Source: a virus. Taken from it: a stretch of 64,000 nt of DNA. The number at the start of each line of letters is the position of its first letter. Position 1 is the stretch's first letter. The notes under the pieces were generated by a model. That model was not told the DNA's origin. It was given only the letters and a program-made list of their open reading frames with translations, and did no database searches. Positions 17,590-26,530 of this stretch are shown in pieces. The stretch lies in the IMG/VR virus record IMGVR_UViG_3300023174_000151, positions 1 through 64,000 of that record; one strand, given 5' to 3'. The position numbers and the translations under genes are program-made.

Positions 17590-17747
17590 TTGATATTACA
17601 GAAGAAGACAATAGTCCCTGTCTAATGAAAATTGACTGGGACGAAACTGATCCAGAGCTTGACTACTGGAGTAACCTAAGCCAAGAGGGTAAAGAAACCC
17701 TTATCCACAATCTCCTCAACCCTGACGGTACTCACCATGACCATTGA
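17553..17747 (+). CDS. hypothetical protein
   Basis: 64-aa ORF, IDWDETDP motif. Confidence 0.65.
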   Translation: MTNPNAWLTKLAIDITEEDNSPCLMKIDWDETDPELDYWSNLSQEGKETLIHNLLNPDGTHHDH

Positions 17748-18141
17748 TGCATACGGACTTCCATTTGAACAATACGAAGATTTTTTTTCAAGCAATGCAG
17801 CCAATCTAATTGAAACGTATATTGCAACACATAAGTATTTTACAGAAGCAATAAAAGAAGTATATGGAGAAACTGCTACATATGTTCCAGTAGATTCTCC
17901 TGTCTTCTTGGAACTATTCAATGGGCTTGTTTATGAGACGAATAATGAATGTCGTCGTTACCAAAAGAAAAACAATCCTGAAGCTATGAAAGACGTTAGG
18001 TTAAGTCCTGATTTATTTGGTAATGATGAACTTCTTGATCAAATAAAAAAAGTCAATCAAAAAATAGATGATCTGCTTGAAGTCTTTATTATTGCACCAC
18101 CAAACCTACCTCCTAATATCACAGGAGACACGGAGGGGTGA
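17737..18141 (+). CDS. hypothetical protein
   Basis: 134-aa ORF. Confidence 0.65.
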   Translation: MTIDAYGLPFEQYEDFFSSNAANLIETYIATHKYFTEAIKEVYGETATYVPVDSPVFLELFNGLVYETNNECRRYQKKNNPEAMKDVRLSPDLFGNDELLDQIKKVNQKIDDLLEVFIIAPPNLPPNITGDTEG

Positions 18142-18169
18142 GTAGACTCCTGTTGTTCATGTGAGGAAC

Positions 18170-18196
18170 CGTCCTGGTGATGACGTGAAAAGCACC
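18170..18196 (+). promoter_or_regulatory. family D pseudoknot leader
   Basis: CGTC-CT-GGTG-AT-GACG-TGAAAAG-CACC, 23 nt before ATG 18220. Confidence 0.75.
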
Positions 18197-18219
18197 GCCA
18201 AACCTACCTATTCAATTTA

Positions 18220-18333
18220 ATGTTTGAAACCATTCTTGCTTACATTCTTCCCTTTGCCAAAGACTTACTTTGGACAGCATGCGCAGCAATGCTGGCCTTA
18301 GTACTCGCCAAAATCAAATCCCAATTCATCTGA
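18220..18333 (+). CDS. 37-aa hydrophobic peptide (not in ORF track)
   Basis: MFETILAYILPFAKDLLWTACAAMLALVLAKIKSQFI; at family D spacing and 3 nt before the next ATG. Confidence 0.6.
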   Translation: MFETILAYILPFAKDLLWTACAAMLALVLAKIKSQFI

Positions 18334-18336
18334 ACC

Positions 18337-19050
18337 ATGGCTCAAATTACTAGCACCAAACTCAAAGAACTTTCTGTTATCAAACTCTATGAACACTATG
18401 CTGCCCTTGAGAAGTCTCTTCCTTTACTCACTTCTGAGTCCCAGGACTTGGCAAAAGCTGAACTGGAATCTTGTATTGACTTACGCTCAGAGAAAGTTGA
18501 TCGTATCTATTATGCAATGGCCGCGCATGAAGATGCGTTGGAACGTATCAAAAAAGAAGGTGACTTAGTTGCAACAGCTAAGCTTCACCACACATCACAA
18601 CTTAAATCTCTTAAGGGTTTATTAAGTTATCTACGTCGGGTCCTGCCATTGGATACCAACAAGATCACTGGCCGCAACTATCAATTCACTCTCATTAAAA
18701 AAAAGGAGCTTACTGTTGAAATCAACTCGGACCCGGAGCTTTGGAACATTGACGAAAAGTCAACCTATTGTATGGAAGAAGAAACAACCACAACTAAAAG
18801 AGTTGTGCTACGTTCATTCTCAGGAGAAGTTCTATCCGATAGAACAGAACCTAAAACAACCACTAAAGTCCTCCCTAATCTCGATGTCATACGCTGCGCC
18901 TATCAAAATGGACAACAACTCCCGACCGGTGTCAAAGTTGTCCAAGACTATAGTGTCAGATCCAAACGAATCTTTAATGAATCAAGAATGGACTTGGTTG
19001 CATCCGAGTATCCAAGAGAGCTTTTACCTGAAGATTCCAGCGCCGACTAA
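18337..19050 (+). CDS. siphovirus Gp157 / Gam-like protein
   Basis: Coiled coil with EKVDRI..., C-terminal G.QLP.GVKV pattern. Confidence 0.6.
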   Translation: MAQITSTKLKELSVIKLYEHYAALEKSLPLLTSESQDLAKAELESCIDLRSEKVDRIYYAMAAHEDALERIKKEGDLVATAKLHHTSQLKSLKGLLSYLRRVLPLDTNKITGRNYQFTLIKKKELTVEINSDPELWNIDEKSTYCMEEETTTTKRVVLRSFSGEVLSDRTEPKTTTKVLPNLDVIRCAYQNGQQLPTGVKVVQDYSVRSKRIFNESRMDLVASEYPRELLPEDSSAD

Positions 19051-19309
19051 TGTAGATGACGCTCGCATTAAAATGAGTTGTCATGACCATGCTCTTAAGG
19101 ACTTTGATCTCCAGTTGGAGATGAATGACTTACAGGCTGACATGTTAAAAGATAATAATGAGGTTATACCATACCATGGAGATGAGCATGATGACTTGGA
19201 AGCAAAAAGATTAAAACTTCTTTTTGGTAAACGGTTTCATCAGAATGCTAGTAATGCCTATTGGTATTGGTTGCAAAAAGAAAAACCATGTAGTAATAAA
19301 GTAAATTGA
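18977..19309 (+). CDS. hypothetical protein
   Basis: In-frame ATG within track ORF 18716-19309 minimises overlap. Confidence 0.55.
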   Translation: MNQEWTWLHPSIQESFYLKIPAPTNVDDARIKMSCHDHALKDFDLQLEMNDLQADMLKDNNEVIPYHGDEHDDLEAKRLKLLFGKRFHQNASNAYWYWLQKEKPCSNKVN

Positions 19310-19338
19310 ACTACAATTAAAGAAAGATAAGGAGTCTC

Positions 19339-19602
19339 ATGGACGTAGATCCCACATTAGTTAATCTTATATCTGGGTTCACATCAGAGGGGACTCCTCT
19401 TTCTGCTACTATTGGTTCAAAGATTGAACATGCTGTCGTTATCTTGACGGCAGCAATGTTAGCTAATGAAAACTTAGCTGCTTCTATGGATGCAGCTGAG
19501 ATGGCAGACGCAGCAATTAATTATTACCACGTCATTCAAGAACGTCTTGGTTACTACCAGCAGAACCAAAGTCAGTCATTAGAACGTCTACTAAATAGCT
19601 AA
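19339..19602 (+). CDS. hypothetical protein
   Basis: AAGGAG Shine-Dalgarno upstream. Confidence 0.7.
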   Translation: MDVDPTLVNLISGFTSEGTPLSATIGSKIEHAVVILTAAMLANENLAASMDAAEMADAAINYYHVIQERLGYYQQNQSQSLERLLNS

Positions 19603-19796
19603 TGGAAATTGCAGGTAAGTATTCAGCATTGGCATCTGAAGCTTTTAATTTAGGAGCAGGTAACCCACGTAAAGGATTTGTAGAAGGACAGAAGGGTCTT
19701 TCATTGGGAAGGTATGCGGGTAACGCAGCTCTCATGGATGCACACCCACAGGTTGCTTTTGGTTCTCAAAGTTTAGGCTTTAGCCCAGCTCCTTAA
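19602..19796 (+). CDS. hypothetical protein
   Basis: TAATG coupling. Confidence 0.55.
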   Translation: MEIAGKYSALASEAFNLGAGNPRKGFVEGQKGLSLGRYAGNAALMDAHPQVAFGSQSLGFSPAP

Positions 19797-19836
19797 ACTT
19801 AATTTTTCTGCTAACCTAGACTAACGTTTACTTCGA

Positions 19837-20031
19837 TTGATGGAACCCGATCCAAAGCTAAAGCTCACCGTGTCACTATCGGTGGATGTTGAACTCATTT
19901 ATAAACCTTTTGCAGGTAAAACTCCTGACGAAGTCGTGGAGTATTTACAAGATGAACTTCATACTTTACTTTTTGAATTAGATGAAGTTATTGGCGTCGC
20001 ATCCAATTGCACATCCTTCCATGAACACTGA
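19837..20031 (+). CDS. hypothetical protein
   Basis: 64-aa ORF. Confidence 0.55.
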   Translation: MMEPDPKLKLTVSLSVDVELIYKPFAGKTPDEVVEYLQDELHTLLFELDEVIGVASNCTSFHEH

Positions 20032-20260
20032 TTACCTTTACGCCTGGGATGTTGTAGAACAACAGAAACGTGTGGACTTTATGGAGCGTATGTACCAGTG
20101 TTCTGGTAGAGCCGTTGCTGGACATCCCATGGAAGGACTATATACTGGGTTATGGCAAGACTTTTGTATCCGTGAAGCTGGCCCTGTCATGCGTGAACGG
20201 TACTTTGAAATGCTTGAAGCCATCCAACTTTACAATGACAACCTCCTCCAACCCGCTTAA
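19982..20260 (+). CDS. hypothetical protein
   Basis: HPMEGLYTGLWQ motif; probable internal start. Confidence 0.6.
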   Translation: MKLLASHPIAHPSMNTDYLYAWDVVEQQKRVDFMERMYQCSGRAVAGHPMEGLYTGLWQDFCIREAGPVMRERYFEMLEAIQLYNDNLLQPA

Positions 20261-20648
20261 CACAATGAACAGCTCGTACACCCCTGAAGAATCTAAAGCT
20301 TGGTCTAATGGGTCTTCTAAAGAGTTAAAGGAACTCGTTAAATCCTTCAAGCAAAACATTGTAGCTGAATTAGATGAGCCCTTGGTGACTAAAGACTCTA
20401 GAGAAAAGCTACATGATACTACTGCGAGTACAGCACAATCTATTGAACATGCTGAGTGTTTAAAAAAAACAAGAGAATACTTTGCAGATACTATCTGTGA
20501 AGCTATGGATGAACTAACAGGAAAAGAAGTGTATCAAGCTTTCTATATAGCATGTAAAGCACTAAGAAATATTACCAAAAAAGAATACAATAATGCTAAT
20601 GAATTGTTTGAATGTTTAGATAACAAACCTGATGTCACTGTATTCTAA
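20070..20648 (+). CDS. hypothetical protein
   Basis: ORF; true start probably near 20235. Confidence 0.5.
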   Translation: MWTLWSVCTSVLVEPLLDIPWKDYILGYGKTFVSVKLALSCVNGTLKCLKPSNFTMTTSSNPLNTMNSSYTPEESKAWSNGSSKELKELVKSFKQNIVAELDEPLVTKDSREKLHDTTASTAQSIEHAECLKKTREYFADTICEAMDELTGKEVYQAFYIACKALRNITKKEYNNANELFECLDNKPDVTVF

Positions 20649-20887
20649 TGGGACGTACCAAAGAATCAGATTATCCTGTGTGGGTCTGCCAGAATTGTGG
20701 CGAAGCTTATGGTGACTGGTATAAGAAAGGTAACTATATAGGTCCACCTAACTTTCTTTCTACCTGTCATATGGGTACATGTGATGTCTGTGGTACAACA
20801 GAAACTATTGTTACTGAGCCACGGGATTTTGGTCACCTTAGACCTACATGGAAAGAAGAGTATGCAAGAAGTATAGAGTCGCAGTAA
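20648..20887 (+). CDS. small zinc-ribbon protein
   Basis: CQNCG...CDVCG...VTEPRDFG. Confidence 0.7.
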   Translation: MGRTKESDYPVWVCQNCGEAYGDWYKKGNYIGPPNFLSTCHMGTCDVCGTTETIVTEPRDFGHLRPTWKEEYARSIESQ

Positions 20888-20899
20888 GTATGTTATTAC

Positions 20900-21235
20900 T
20901 TAGTCGGCGCCTAGACTAAACAATACAGTAGCTGCTGTACCGCCTGATTCAGATACAAAGACAGGTTGTACGTACTTAACTGGGTGGTTGGCAATATTGT
21001 AATGGGTCGTACCATTAGCGGTAATAGTTTGGTTTGCAATTATCTTTGACCAATTTGTACCATCAATTGAACCGTTTAATGCGACGATAACGTTAGTGTT
21101 AATGCTTGCAACAGTAGTAAACAAGACATAGTTCCTTGTATTAATTCTGTCTCCTAATTGAACTGAAGTTGACACACCAGAAGCAGGTGCTGTTAATGTG
21201 TCGTATGTAACAAAGAAAGCTTCCGAAAAATTCAT
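20900..21235 (-). CDS. beta-rich putative structural protein
   Basis: Thr/Val-rich, GSIDGTNW motif; TAGAAT box upstream. Confidence 0.55.
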   Translation of the reverse strand: MNFSEAFFVTYDTLTAPASGVSTSVQLGDRINTRNYVLFTTVASINTNVIVALNGSIDGTNWSKIIANQTITANGTTHYNIANHPVKYVQPVFVSESGGTAATVLFSLGAD

Positions 21236-21325
21236 AGCTATTGTTTTTTACTATTCTAAATTATGTATTCTATCAACGCCACTTAAGACACGTCACTGAT
21301 AAAATAAAAGTACTGAATAAAAACT

Positions 21326-21877
21326 ATGTACACCCCCGGTCCTCAAGATGTAGTACAGGTTCAAACCCCTCCTGTTCAAGAGGCACCTCAACCACAAGCT
21401 AAGATCAAAGCACCTAGTAAATCTAAGGAAGGCGACGTAGGCGCCTTTATACAACAATGTATTTCTTTGTGTTCCTACTTAAATGAATTACGGACACAAT
21501 CTCATTTGATACATTTGAACTATGAAGGATCTAACTTCTTTGGTGTTCATGCTTTCTTGAAAGAACAATACGAAGCACATCAAGATCAATTTGATAAGTT
21601 AGGTGAGTTCATTAGGTCCATGGATTACTTAATGCCTATGTGTGCCAAAGGATTGGCTGATGCTGCCCCAGGGTTTAAGAATTGTGTTAGCTATAAAGGT
21701 AATGAAATGTTAATTACGTACTATAAAAACCTAGAAGATTTTGCTATGCGTTGTAAAAAGGTAGAAGAACTTGCTGGTAAAGTACATGCCATTGATATTC
21801 AGAATTATATAGCAGAACTAGCAGGAGAAATCTTTAAGGCAGCATGGATGGTTAAGGCTACCTTGAGGAATGGTTAA
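21326..21877 (+). CDS. dps: Dps / ferritin-like protein
   Basis: HLIHLNYEGSNFFGVHAFLKEQYE...DKLGE; C-terminal KAAWMVKA. Confidence 0.8.
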   Translation: MYTPGPQDVVQVQTPPVQEAPQPQAKIKAPSKSKEGDVGAFIQQCISLCSYLNELRTQSHLIHLNYEGSNFFGVHAFLKEQYEAHQDQFDKLGEFIRSMDYLMPMCAKGLADAAPGFKNCVSYKGNEMLITYYKNLEDFAMRCKKVEELAGKVHAIDIQNYIAELAGEIFKAAWMVKATLRNG

Positions 21878-22491
21878 TGCCTAATCTTTTTGAAAGTTTT
21901 TTAAATCAAGTTAATCAAAAATATAAAGAGGCTGATAAAGCTACTGGTGGTTGGTTACCAGGGGGTGGTACTGCTTCTCCAGTAACTCGTAAAGCTCAAG
22001 AACTTACAAGATCAATCACGCCTGTAAACATTCGAGATAAAATTGCCATTCCTCTTTTAGATAAAGGTATTGAAAGCGGAATACTTCCTGCTGCTCCTGC
22101 AATGTTTGGACGGTATCTTAGTGGTACTAGTAATCCTTTAACGGTTTTACCAACTTCAATTAAACAAGATATTTCAAGACTTGTTTCCCAAAGTTCTGAT
22201 TATCCTGAACTTGTCAATACACAAAAGTCAAATACTCTTTTACCTGTGAACTGGGGATACGTAGACCGTGGTCCATCAACGTTAACGCTTGGGTCTTTTA
22301 CTGTAGATCCTCGTTTAAAAGAAGTTACTGATCGGTACAAATTCGATGATTTAGCAACAGATACACAAGAAGGAAATATTTATTCTGATGCACAAGAAGG
22401 CGGACTACCTGCTTCTTTCTTAATTAATTTTGCCTTGAATAAAGGGTTAATTACACCGCAAAGTGGTTACAACATTCAAGCAAAATATTAA
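21877..22491 (+). CDS. hypothetical protein
   Basis: TAATG coupling to dps. Confidence 0.65.
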   Translation: MPNLFESFLNQVNQKYKEADKATGGWLPGGGTASPVTRKAQELTRSITPVNIRDKIAIPLLDKGIESGILPAAPAMFGRYLSGTSNPLTVLPTSIKQDISRLVSQSSDYPELVNTQKSNTLLPVNWGYVDRGPSTLTLGSFTVDPRLKEVTDRYKFDDLATDTQEGNIYSDAQEGGLPASFLINFALNKGLITPQSGYNIQAKY

Positions 22492-22494
22492 TGT

Positions 22495-22720
22495 AAAGGG
22501 CGACCCCAGACTTTCGGGGCGAGGTACATTTAATGCAGTTGACCTAGCTGCACCCTTTATATTTTTGGGACCTCCTTCTAGGCTATGGGCCTAACGAGTA
22601 TCCCGTATTGCGGGTCCCATCCCCGCTGGGTTCTTTAGCAAGATCAAAGAACGCACCCTCCCGTTTAGCCGGAAGTACACTGAACCCGATACTAATGCAG
22701 AGCAATGCAGAGCGGGTACT
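22495..22720. ncRNA. candidate structured ncRNA region
   Basis: GC-rich gap between convergent genes with several stems, including a family D-like pseudoknot on the minus strand. Confidence 0.4.
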
Positions 22721-22726
22721 CAATTA

Positions 22727-23398
22727 TTATACAGTTTCATTTGGAGTTTTCCAAAAGTAATCGTCTTGTTCTCCAAGCCTGCCCCACTTAGGTGCGTGTT
22801 CTACATCAAAATAACGTGTAGACACCTTGAAGTCTGGTGTCTTTAACTCATGGTTAGTTAAAGATGCGTCAACCATGCGACAGCGATTATTGGGATAAGC
22901 ACCAATTTGACCATTGTCCAGCTCCACGATGTTATGTGACTTGTGCTCGTCGGGGAATTCTGAGAAGTAGAAATCAGGTTCATTCCTATGCGGGTGGTAG
23001 TTGTCTACTGTAAATATATACCTACCACTCATGACTCCTGCGCTACGTGTCAGGACTTCAAAACCCATGTTATAGATTAAATTCTTTTCTACAATTGTAA
23101 TTCCGGTATCAAAACCATTCCAAAACTGTAGGTCTGTTAGTGCCAGATCTGGTGTAGGTGGTTTGGGTTTGTCCGGATGGTCTGGATCCCAGGATAAGAA
23201 TGCACTAATAGGTAGCTTGTCATACAAGGCACCATACTCGGTTAGGTATGTTTCAAAATAAAGGGCACGACCACTTAATGACTTACATGTTACCCAATAG
23301 CCAGGTGTGTACTCACCATAGCCATCACGTAGATCACGCAAGTACTCACGACGAACCCATACCTTGATAGGTGGGACGTTTGCAACAAGGGTTGTCAC
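22727..23398 (-). CDS. conserved phage hypothetical protein
   Basis: EHKSHN...LDNGQIGAYPNNRC motif. Confidence 0.75.
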   Translation of the reverse strand: MTTLVANVPPIKVWVRREYLRDLRDGYGEYTPGYWVTCKSLSGRALYFETYLTEYGALYDKLPISAFLSWDPDHPDKPKPPTPDLALTDLQFWNGFDTGITIVEKNLIYNMGFEVLTRSAGVMSGRYIFTVDNYHPHRNEPDFYFSEFPDEHKSHNIVELDNGQIGAYPNNRCRMVDASLTNHELKTPDFKVSTRYFDVEHAPKWGRLGEQDDYFWKTPNETV

Positions 23399-23433
23399 AG
23401 AAATCTCTGATGTTTTATATCAGAGATCCTACC

Positions 23434-23604
23434 TTACTTTTTCTTTTTAGGTGGTACTGCACCTTTCTTAGGCGGTACTGGTGCTCCCTTTTTGGGAGGT
23501 ACGGCACCTTTCTTAGGTGGTACTGGTGCTCCCTTCTTACCTGCTTCTTCTTTTCCTACTGGCACTAAACCTTTACCAGGAACAAACTTTTTTTCTACGG
23601 CCAT
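23434..23604 (-). CDS. 56-aa Lys/Pro-rich repeat protein (not in ORF track)
   Basis: MAVEKKFVPGKG...(GA[P]VPPKK)x4-KK; repeats diverge synonymously. Confidence 0.7.
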   Translation of the reverse strand: MAVEKKFVPGKGLVPVGKEEAGKKGAPVPPKKGAVPPKKGAPVPPKKGAVPPKKKK

Positions 23605-23636
23605 GATTAAGAGATATCTCTTATGTAAGTATACTA

Positions 23637-23837
23637 CTATTTATTGTCTTTGTAACGTCTTGCTGCACGTCCTGCTCTCTTTGCTTTTTCAGTGTTAGCA
23701 ACAAACTGTTTGCCTTGTTTACTACCAGCTCTTTTCTTTTGGTCTGTGTCTTCACGTTCTTCTGGTGACAGGGAAGCCCATGCCTTTTCTGGTAGGTAAC
23801 GTTTGGTATAACCTTTTTGAATTGCTTTATCAGACAT
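23637..23837 (-). CDS. basic protein, C-terminal half of DUF5872-like family
   Basis: TKRYLPEKAW..LSPEER..TD.KKR.GS..GKQFVANT. Confidence 0.7.
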   Translation of the reverse strand: MSDKAIQKGYTKRYLPEKAWASLSPEEREDTDQKKRAGSKQGKQFVANTEKAKRAGRAARRYKDNK

Positions 23838-24121
23838 TACTTACTCTCCTTATATTTTTTAGCAGCAGCTTTAGCTTTGCTGCGTTTTTCATACTCATCT
23901 TTAGTGCCCCATTTTTCTTTACCCCACTTCTCTAAATCTTTTTGCTTCTCACCTTTTCCCCCTTGGTAGCCACCACCTTTCTCTTTGTATTCACTGGCAA
24001 CCATTTGAGCTTTACGTGCAGACCATTGGCCTGGTTTACCTCCACTGGAACCAGCCATGATACGATTTTTGATACGTTCACGTAATTCTGGTTTGGTATA
24101 TTTGTTATCCTCTTGGGGCAT
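23837..24121 (-). CDS. basic protein, N-terminal half of DUF5872-like family
   Basis: KYTKPELRERIK..GGKPGQWSARKAQ..YKEKGGGY. Confidence 0.75.
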   Translation of the reverse strand: MPQEDNKYTKPELRERIKNRIMAGSSGGKPGQWSARKAQMVASEYKEKGGGYQGGKGEKQKDLEKWGKEKWGTKDEYEKRSKAKAAAKKYKESK

Positions 24122-24302
24122 TACGTTCTTGTTTTTGTTCCTTTAATATTTTATCCCACTTACATGGACGCAAGAACTTATCCCAGTCTTTTCCTGGGTC
24201 TGGGATTTTTTCTTCTAGTTCTAGAAAGAACTTTTCAAATCTTTCCGATTCGGAAGGCAACTGTATCGTCATCTTTATCTTTGAGTTTTTGCATAATGTC
24301 AT
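24105..24302 (-). CDS. hypothetical protein
   Basis: Short ORF in minus-strand run; probable internal start. Confidence 0.45.
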   Translation of the reverse strand: MTLCKNSKIKMTIQLPSESERFEKFFLELEEKIPDPGKDWDKFLRPCKWDKILKEQKQERNAPRG

Positions 24303-24453
24303 TCATCTGATCCAAGGTGTCGATTCGACAGATGAGTTCAGAGATGGCACTAACAATTATAGGATGTTCAGTGCGTGCAGCAAAAGCTAATGCCTCACGT
24401 AAATGAGAGACTGATTCATCTAATGAACCTTTGACTTGACTGGAGAGTGCCAT
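24235..24453 (-). CDS. conserved cyanophage hypothetical protein
   Basis: MALS.QV..SL.E...LR.ALAFAAR.E.P motif. Confidence 0.7.
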   Translation of the reverse strand: MALSSQVKGSLDESVSHLREALAFAARTEHPIIVSAISELICRIDTLDQMNDIMQKLKDKDDDTVAFRIGKI

Positions 24454-24484
24454 GGTTGAGATTTATGGTATTCCTAGTATAGTT

Positions 24485-25075
24485 CTAACACCAAATCCAG
24501 CCAACTTGATAGGAATCAAAGTACGGATCTACGCCAAGTGCTTCCATTAATTCATGTACTAGGCGTCCTTTTCCATGGCGTCTACTGTCGGCTGCCTTGA
24601 TGTTGTCATCTACGACAATTAAAGTACCTGGACCAAGAAGGTTGTAGCCTGCAAACAGTTCCTTTAGATGATGGGAGGCTGGAGCCCAATCGTTATTCCA
24701 GTCAGTAATGTTGTAGGAATCTAGGTATAGAAGGTCTATTGGACCAAAGAGGGTGTCTAGTGTTTCAACGGAATCACCTTCTATTACCTTGGCATGTTTG
24801 GTGTTCTCACGAGCCAAGGCGCAAGCCGCTGGGTCGTTGTCAATTGAAATTAATTTTCCAGTGCCACGGATGTCGATGTAGTTGTCAAAAAGAAGGGTGG
24901 AGCAACCATCGCCTGTGTAGTTGTTTTCTTCTCGGTAGGTACCGGTCTCTACGATGAGTGGTTCTTTGGAGGTATCTAAGTATTGAAAGATTTTTTCAAA
25001 GGTTAATTGCCTGGCACCAAGACGTGTTTTGATTGGATCGAAGTAGTCATTCCAAGTGGTTTGAGTTGATTTCAT
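24485..25075 (-). CDS. class I SAM-dependent methyltransferase
   Basis: IVETG, ISID, GDSV, IDLLYLDS, LIVVDD. Confidence 0.8.
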   Translation of the reverse strand: MKSTQTTWNDYFDPIKTRLGARQLTFEKIFQYLDTSKEPLIVETGTYREENNYTGDGCSTLLFDNYIDIRGTGKLISIDNDPAACALARENTKHAKVIEGDSVETLDTLFGPIDLLYLDSYNITDWNNDWAPASHHLKELFAGYNLLGPGTLIVVDDNIKAADSRRHGKGRLVHELMEALGVDPYFDSYQVGWIWC

Positions 25076-25077
25076 GG

Positions 25078-25242
25078 CTAGAGTTCTATGCGTGTGTAAA
25101 GGATCTGTAAGGATTGTAGCTCCTGTTCGTACGTATCTGCATCTGCTTTACTCACGTCTTGACATGCAAAGCCAAGTAGGCATTCGGATGTAGGGCGACC
25201 TTCATCAAGATCAAAATAGAAACGTGTCAAATCAATTGTCAT
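25078..25242 (-). CDS. 54-aa hypothetical protein (not in ORF track)
   Basis: MTIDLTRFYFD... abutting the methyltransferase start. Confidence 0.55.
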   Translation of the reverse strand: MTIDLTRFYFDLDEGRPTSECLLGFACQDVSKADADTYEQELQSLQILYTRIEL

Positions 25243-25302
25243 GTAAGGTGAGCATCAATGTAAAAAATCTGTTACAGTTTTACTAATACATCTGCTCTTG
25301 CA

Positions 25303-26154
25303 ATGGCTGCTTTAAGCATAGTAGACGAGCTTACGGGTAAATACCAAGGGGATTCTGAGCTACTGGAGAAGTTAAACGAGAAGCCTGCACGAGTCACCAT
25401 CAATGGTAAGAGACATTATCACACTCCTTTTGTAACGGGACCGGCGCCATCGGTAACTACTATTTTAAGTGAGACTGCATCTGAGGCCAACAAACAAAAG
25501 TTGGAAATGTGGTCTAAGAATAATCCAGGCGTGAAGGAAGCTGCTGCTGAGAGGGGTACCAGTATTCACTATGGGATGGAACAATATTTGAAAGGGAATA
25601 AGACTCCGGATATACCCGAAGATTATTCTCCGTTCTGGGATGGTATGCCAAAAGTTCTTGATCAGTTTGAGGAGGTGTTATGGGCAGAGACTCCTATGTT
25701 GGAACACCATCAGTTCACACTTTCAAATGATGGTATTGGCAGGGTGTGGGGCCAGGATGAAGAGGGGCGTGCTTGGTGTGGTAGCCCAGATATCATTGGT
25801 GTAGCAAACGGAAAACTTACGTTGGCTGACTTAAAGACTAGTGTTAAGCCGTACTCACGGAACTGGCCAAAGAATGTAGAGAAGGGATCTCAGGAGTGGC
25901 GCGACTTGCTGGGAGGTAACCTCAAGTTTAAGAAAACGTTAAAGCAATTAGCAGCATATGACTTAGGTGTACAGCAAACGTTAGGCATGAAGGTACAGCA
26001 AGCAGCAATACTGGTATCTACACCAGAAAGAACTCAGGTCTTTAAGATTTCTCGTAACTTCTTGAATAAGATTCACGATGATTGGTATGCTGTAGTAAAT
26101 GAGTACTACACGCAGCTTGGTAATTGTAATGTGTATGATCCAGATTTGATTTAG
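25303..26154 (+). CDS. PD-(D/E)xK exonuclease
   Basis: PSVTTIL, RGTSIH, E, GSPD, ADLKTS, QLAAY. Confidence 0.85.
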   Translation: MAALSIVDELTGKYQGDSELLEKLNEKPARVTINGKRHYHTPFVTGPAPSVTTILSETASEANKQKLEMWSKNNPGVKEAAAERGTSIHYGMEQYLKGNKTPDIPEDYSPFWDGMPKVLDQFEEVLWAETPMLEHHQFTLSNDGIGRVWGQDEEGRAWCGSPDIIGVANGKLTLADLKTSVKPYSRNWPKNVEKGSQEWRDLLGGNLKFKKTLKQLAAYDLGVQQTLGMKVQQAAILVSTPERTQVFKISRNFLNKIHDDWYAVVNEYYTQLGNCNVYDPDLI

Positions 26155-26175
26155 ATTGGGTGGGTAGATGAGGTA

Positions 26176-26460
26176 ATGCCTGTGTTATTAAGTTTTGTAA
26201 AGGTAAATATAGAGGCGATTATCAAATGGTTAAAGAAAGTTTGGTTTGAGGCAAAGCTTAAGGCGCGACTAGATATGATTGAATTCGAGAATCAGATTGA
26301 GGCTGAACAAGAACGTAAACAACAAGCTGAGCCTATCTATAGGGAGTACGCTCCTGATCCAGAAAAACAGACTGGTGAGTCCTTAAAGTTAGGTGGGGAG
26401 ATGCGTCTGTCTGCACCATGGGTTGTTGAGGACTCTGGTGAGGAGCATAAGGGTTACTGA
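26176..26460 (+). CDS. hypothetical protein
   Basis: GAGG Shine-Dalgarno. Confidence 0.6.
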   Translation: MPVLLSFVKVNIEAIIKWLKKVWFEAKLKARLDMIEFENQIEAEQERKQQAEPIYREYAPDPEKQTGESLKLGGEMRLSAPWVVEDSGEEHKGY

Positions 26461-26530
26461 TCTATAGAATTCCACTGGTTTTCTTTGGGTATGCCAGCCG
26501 TAAGATTGTAAGACACCGAAAAAAAGAGCC

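Noticed and set aside
5881-18196. Family D as pistol ribozyme or preQ1/SAM-II riboswitch
   Set aside because: Shares a P1 plus TTAAA linker layout only; no pistol P2/P3 core or ligand-binding consensus visible
25303-26154. Cas4 / CRISPR adaptation nuclease
   Set aside because: No four-Cys Fe-S motif; ordinary phage PD-(D/E)xK exonuclease context
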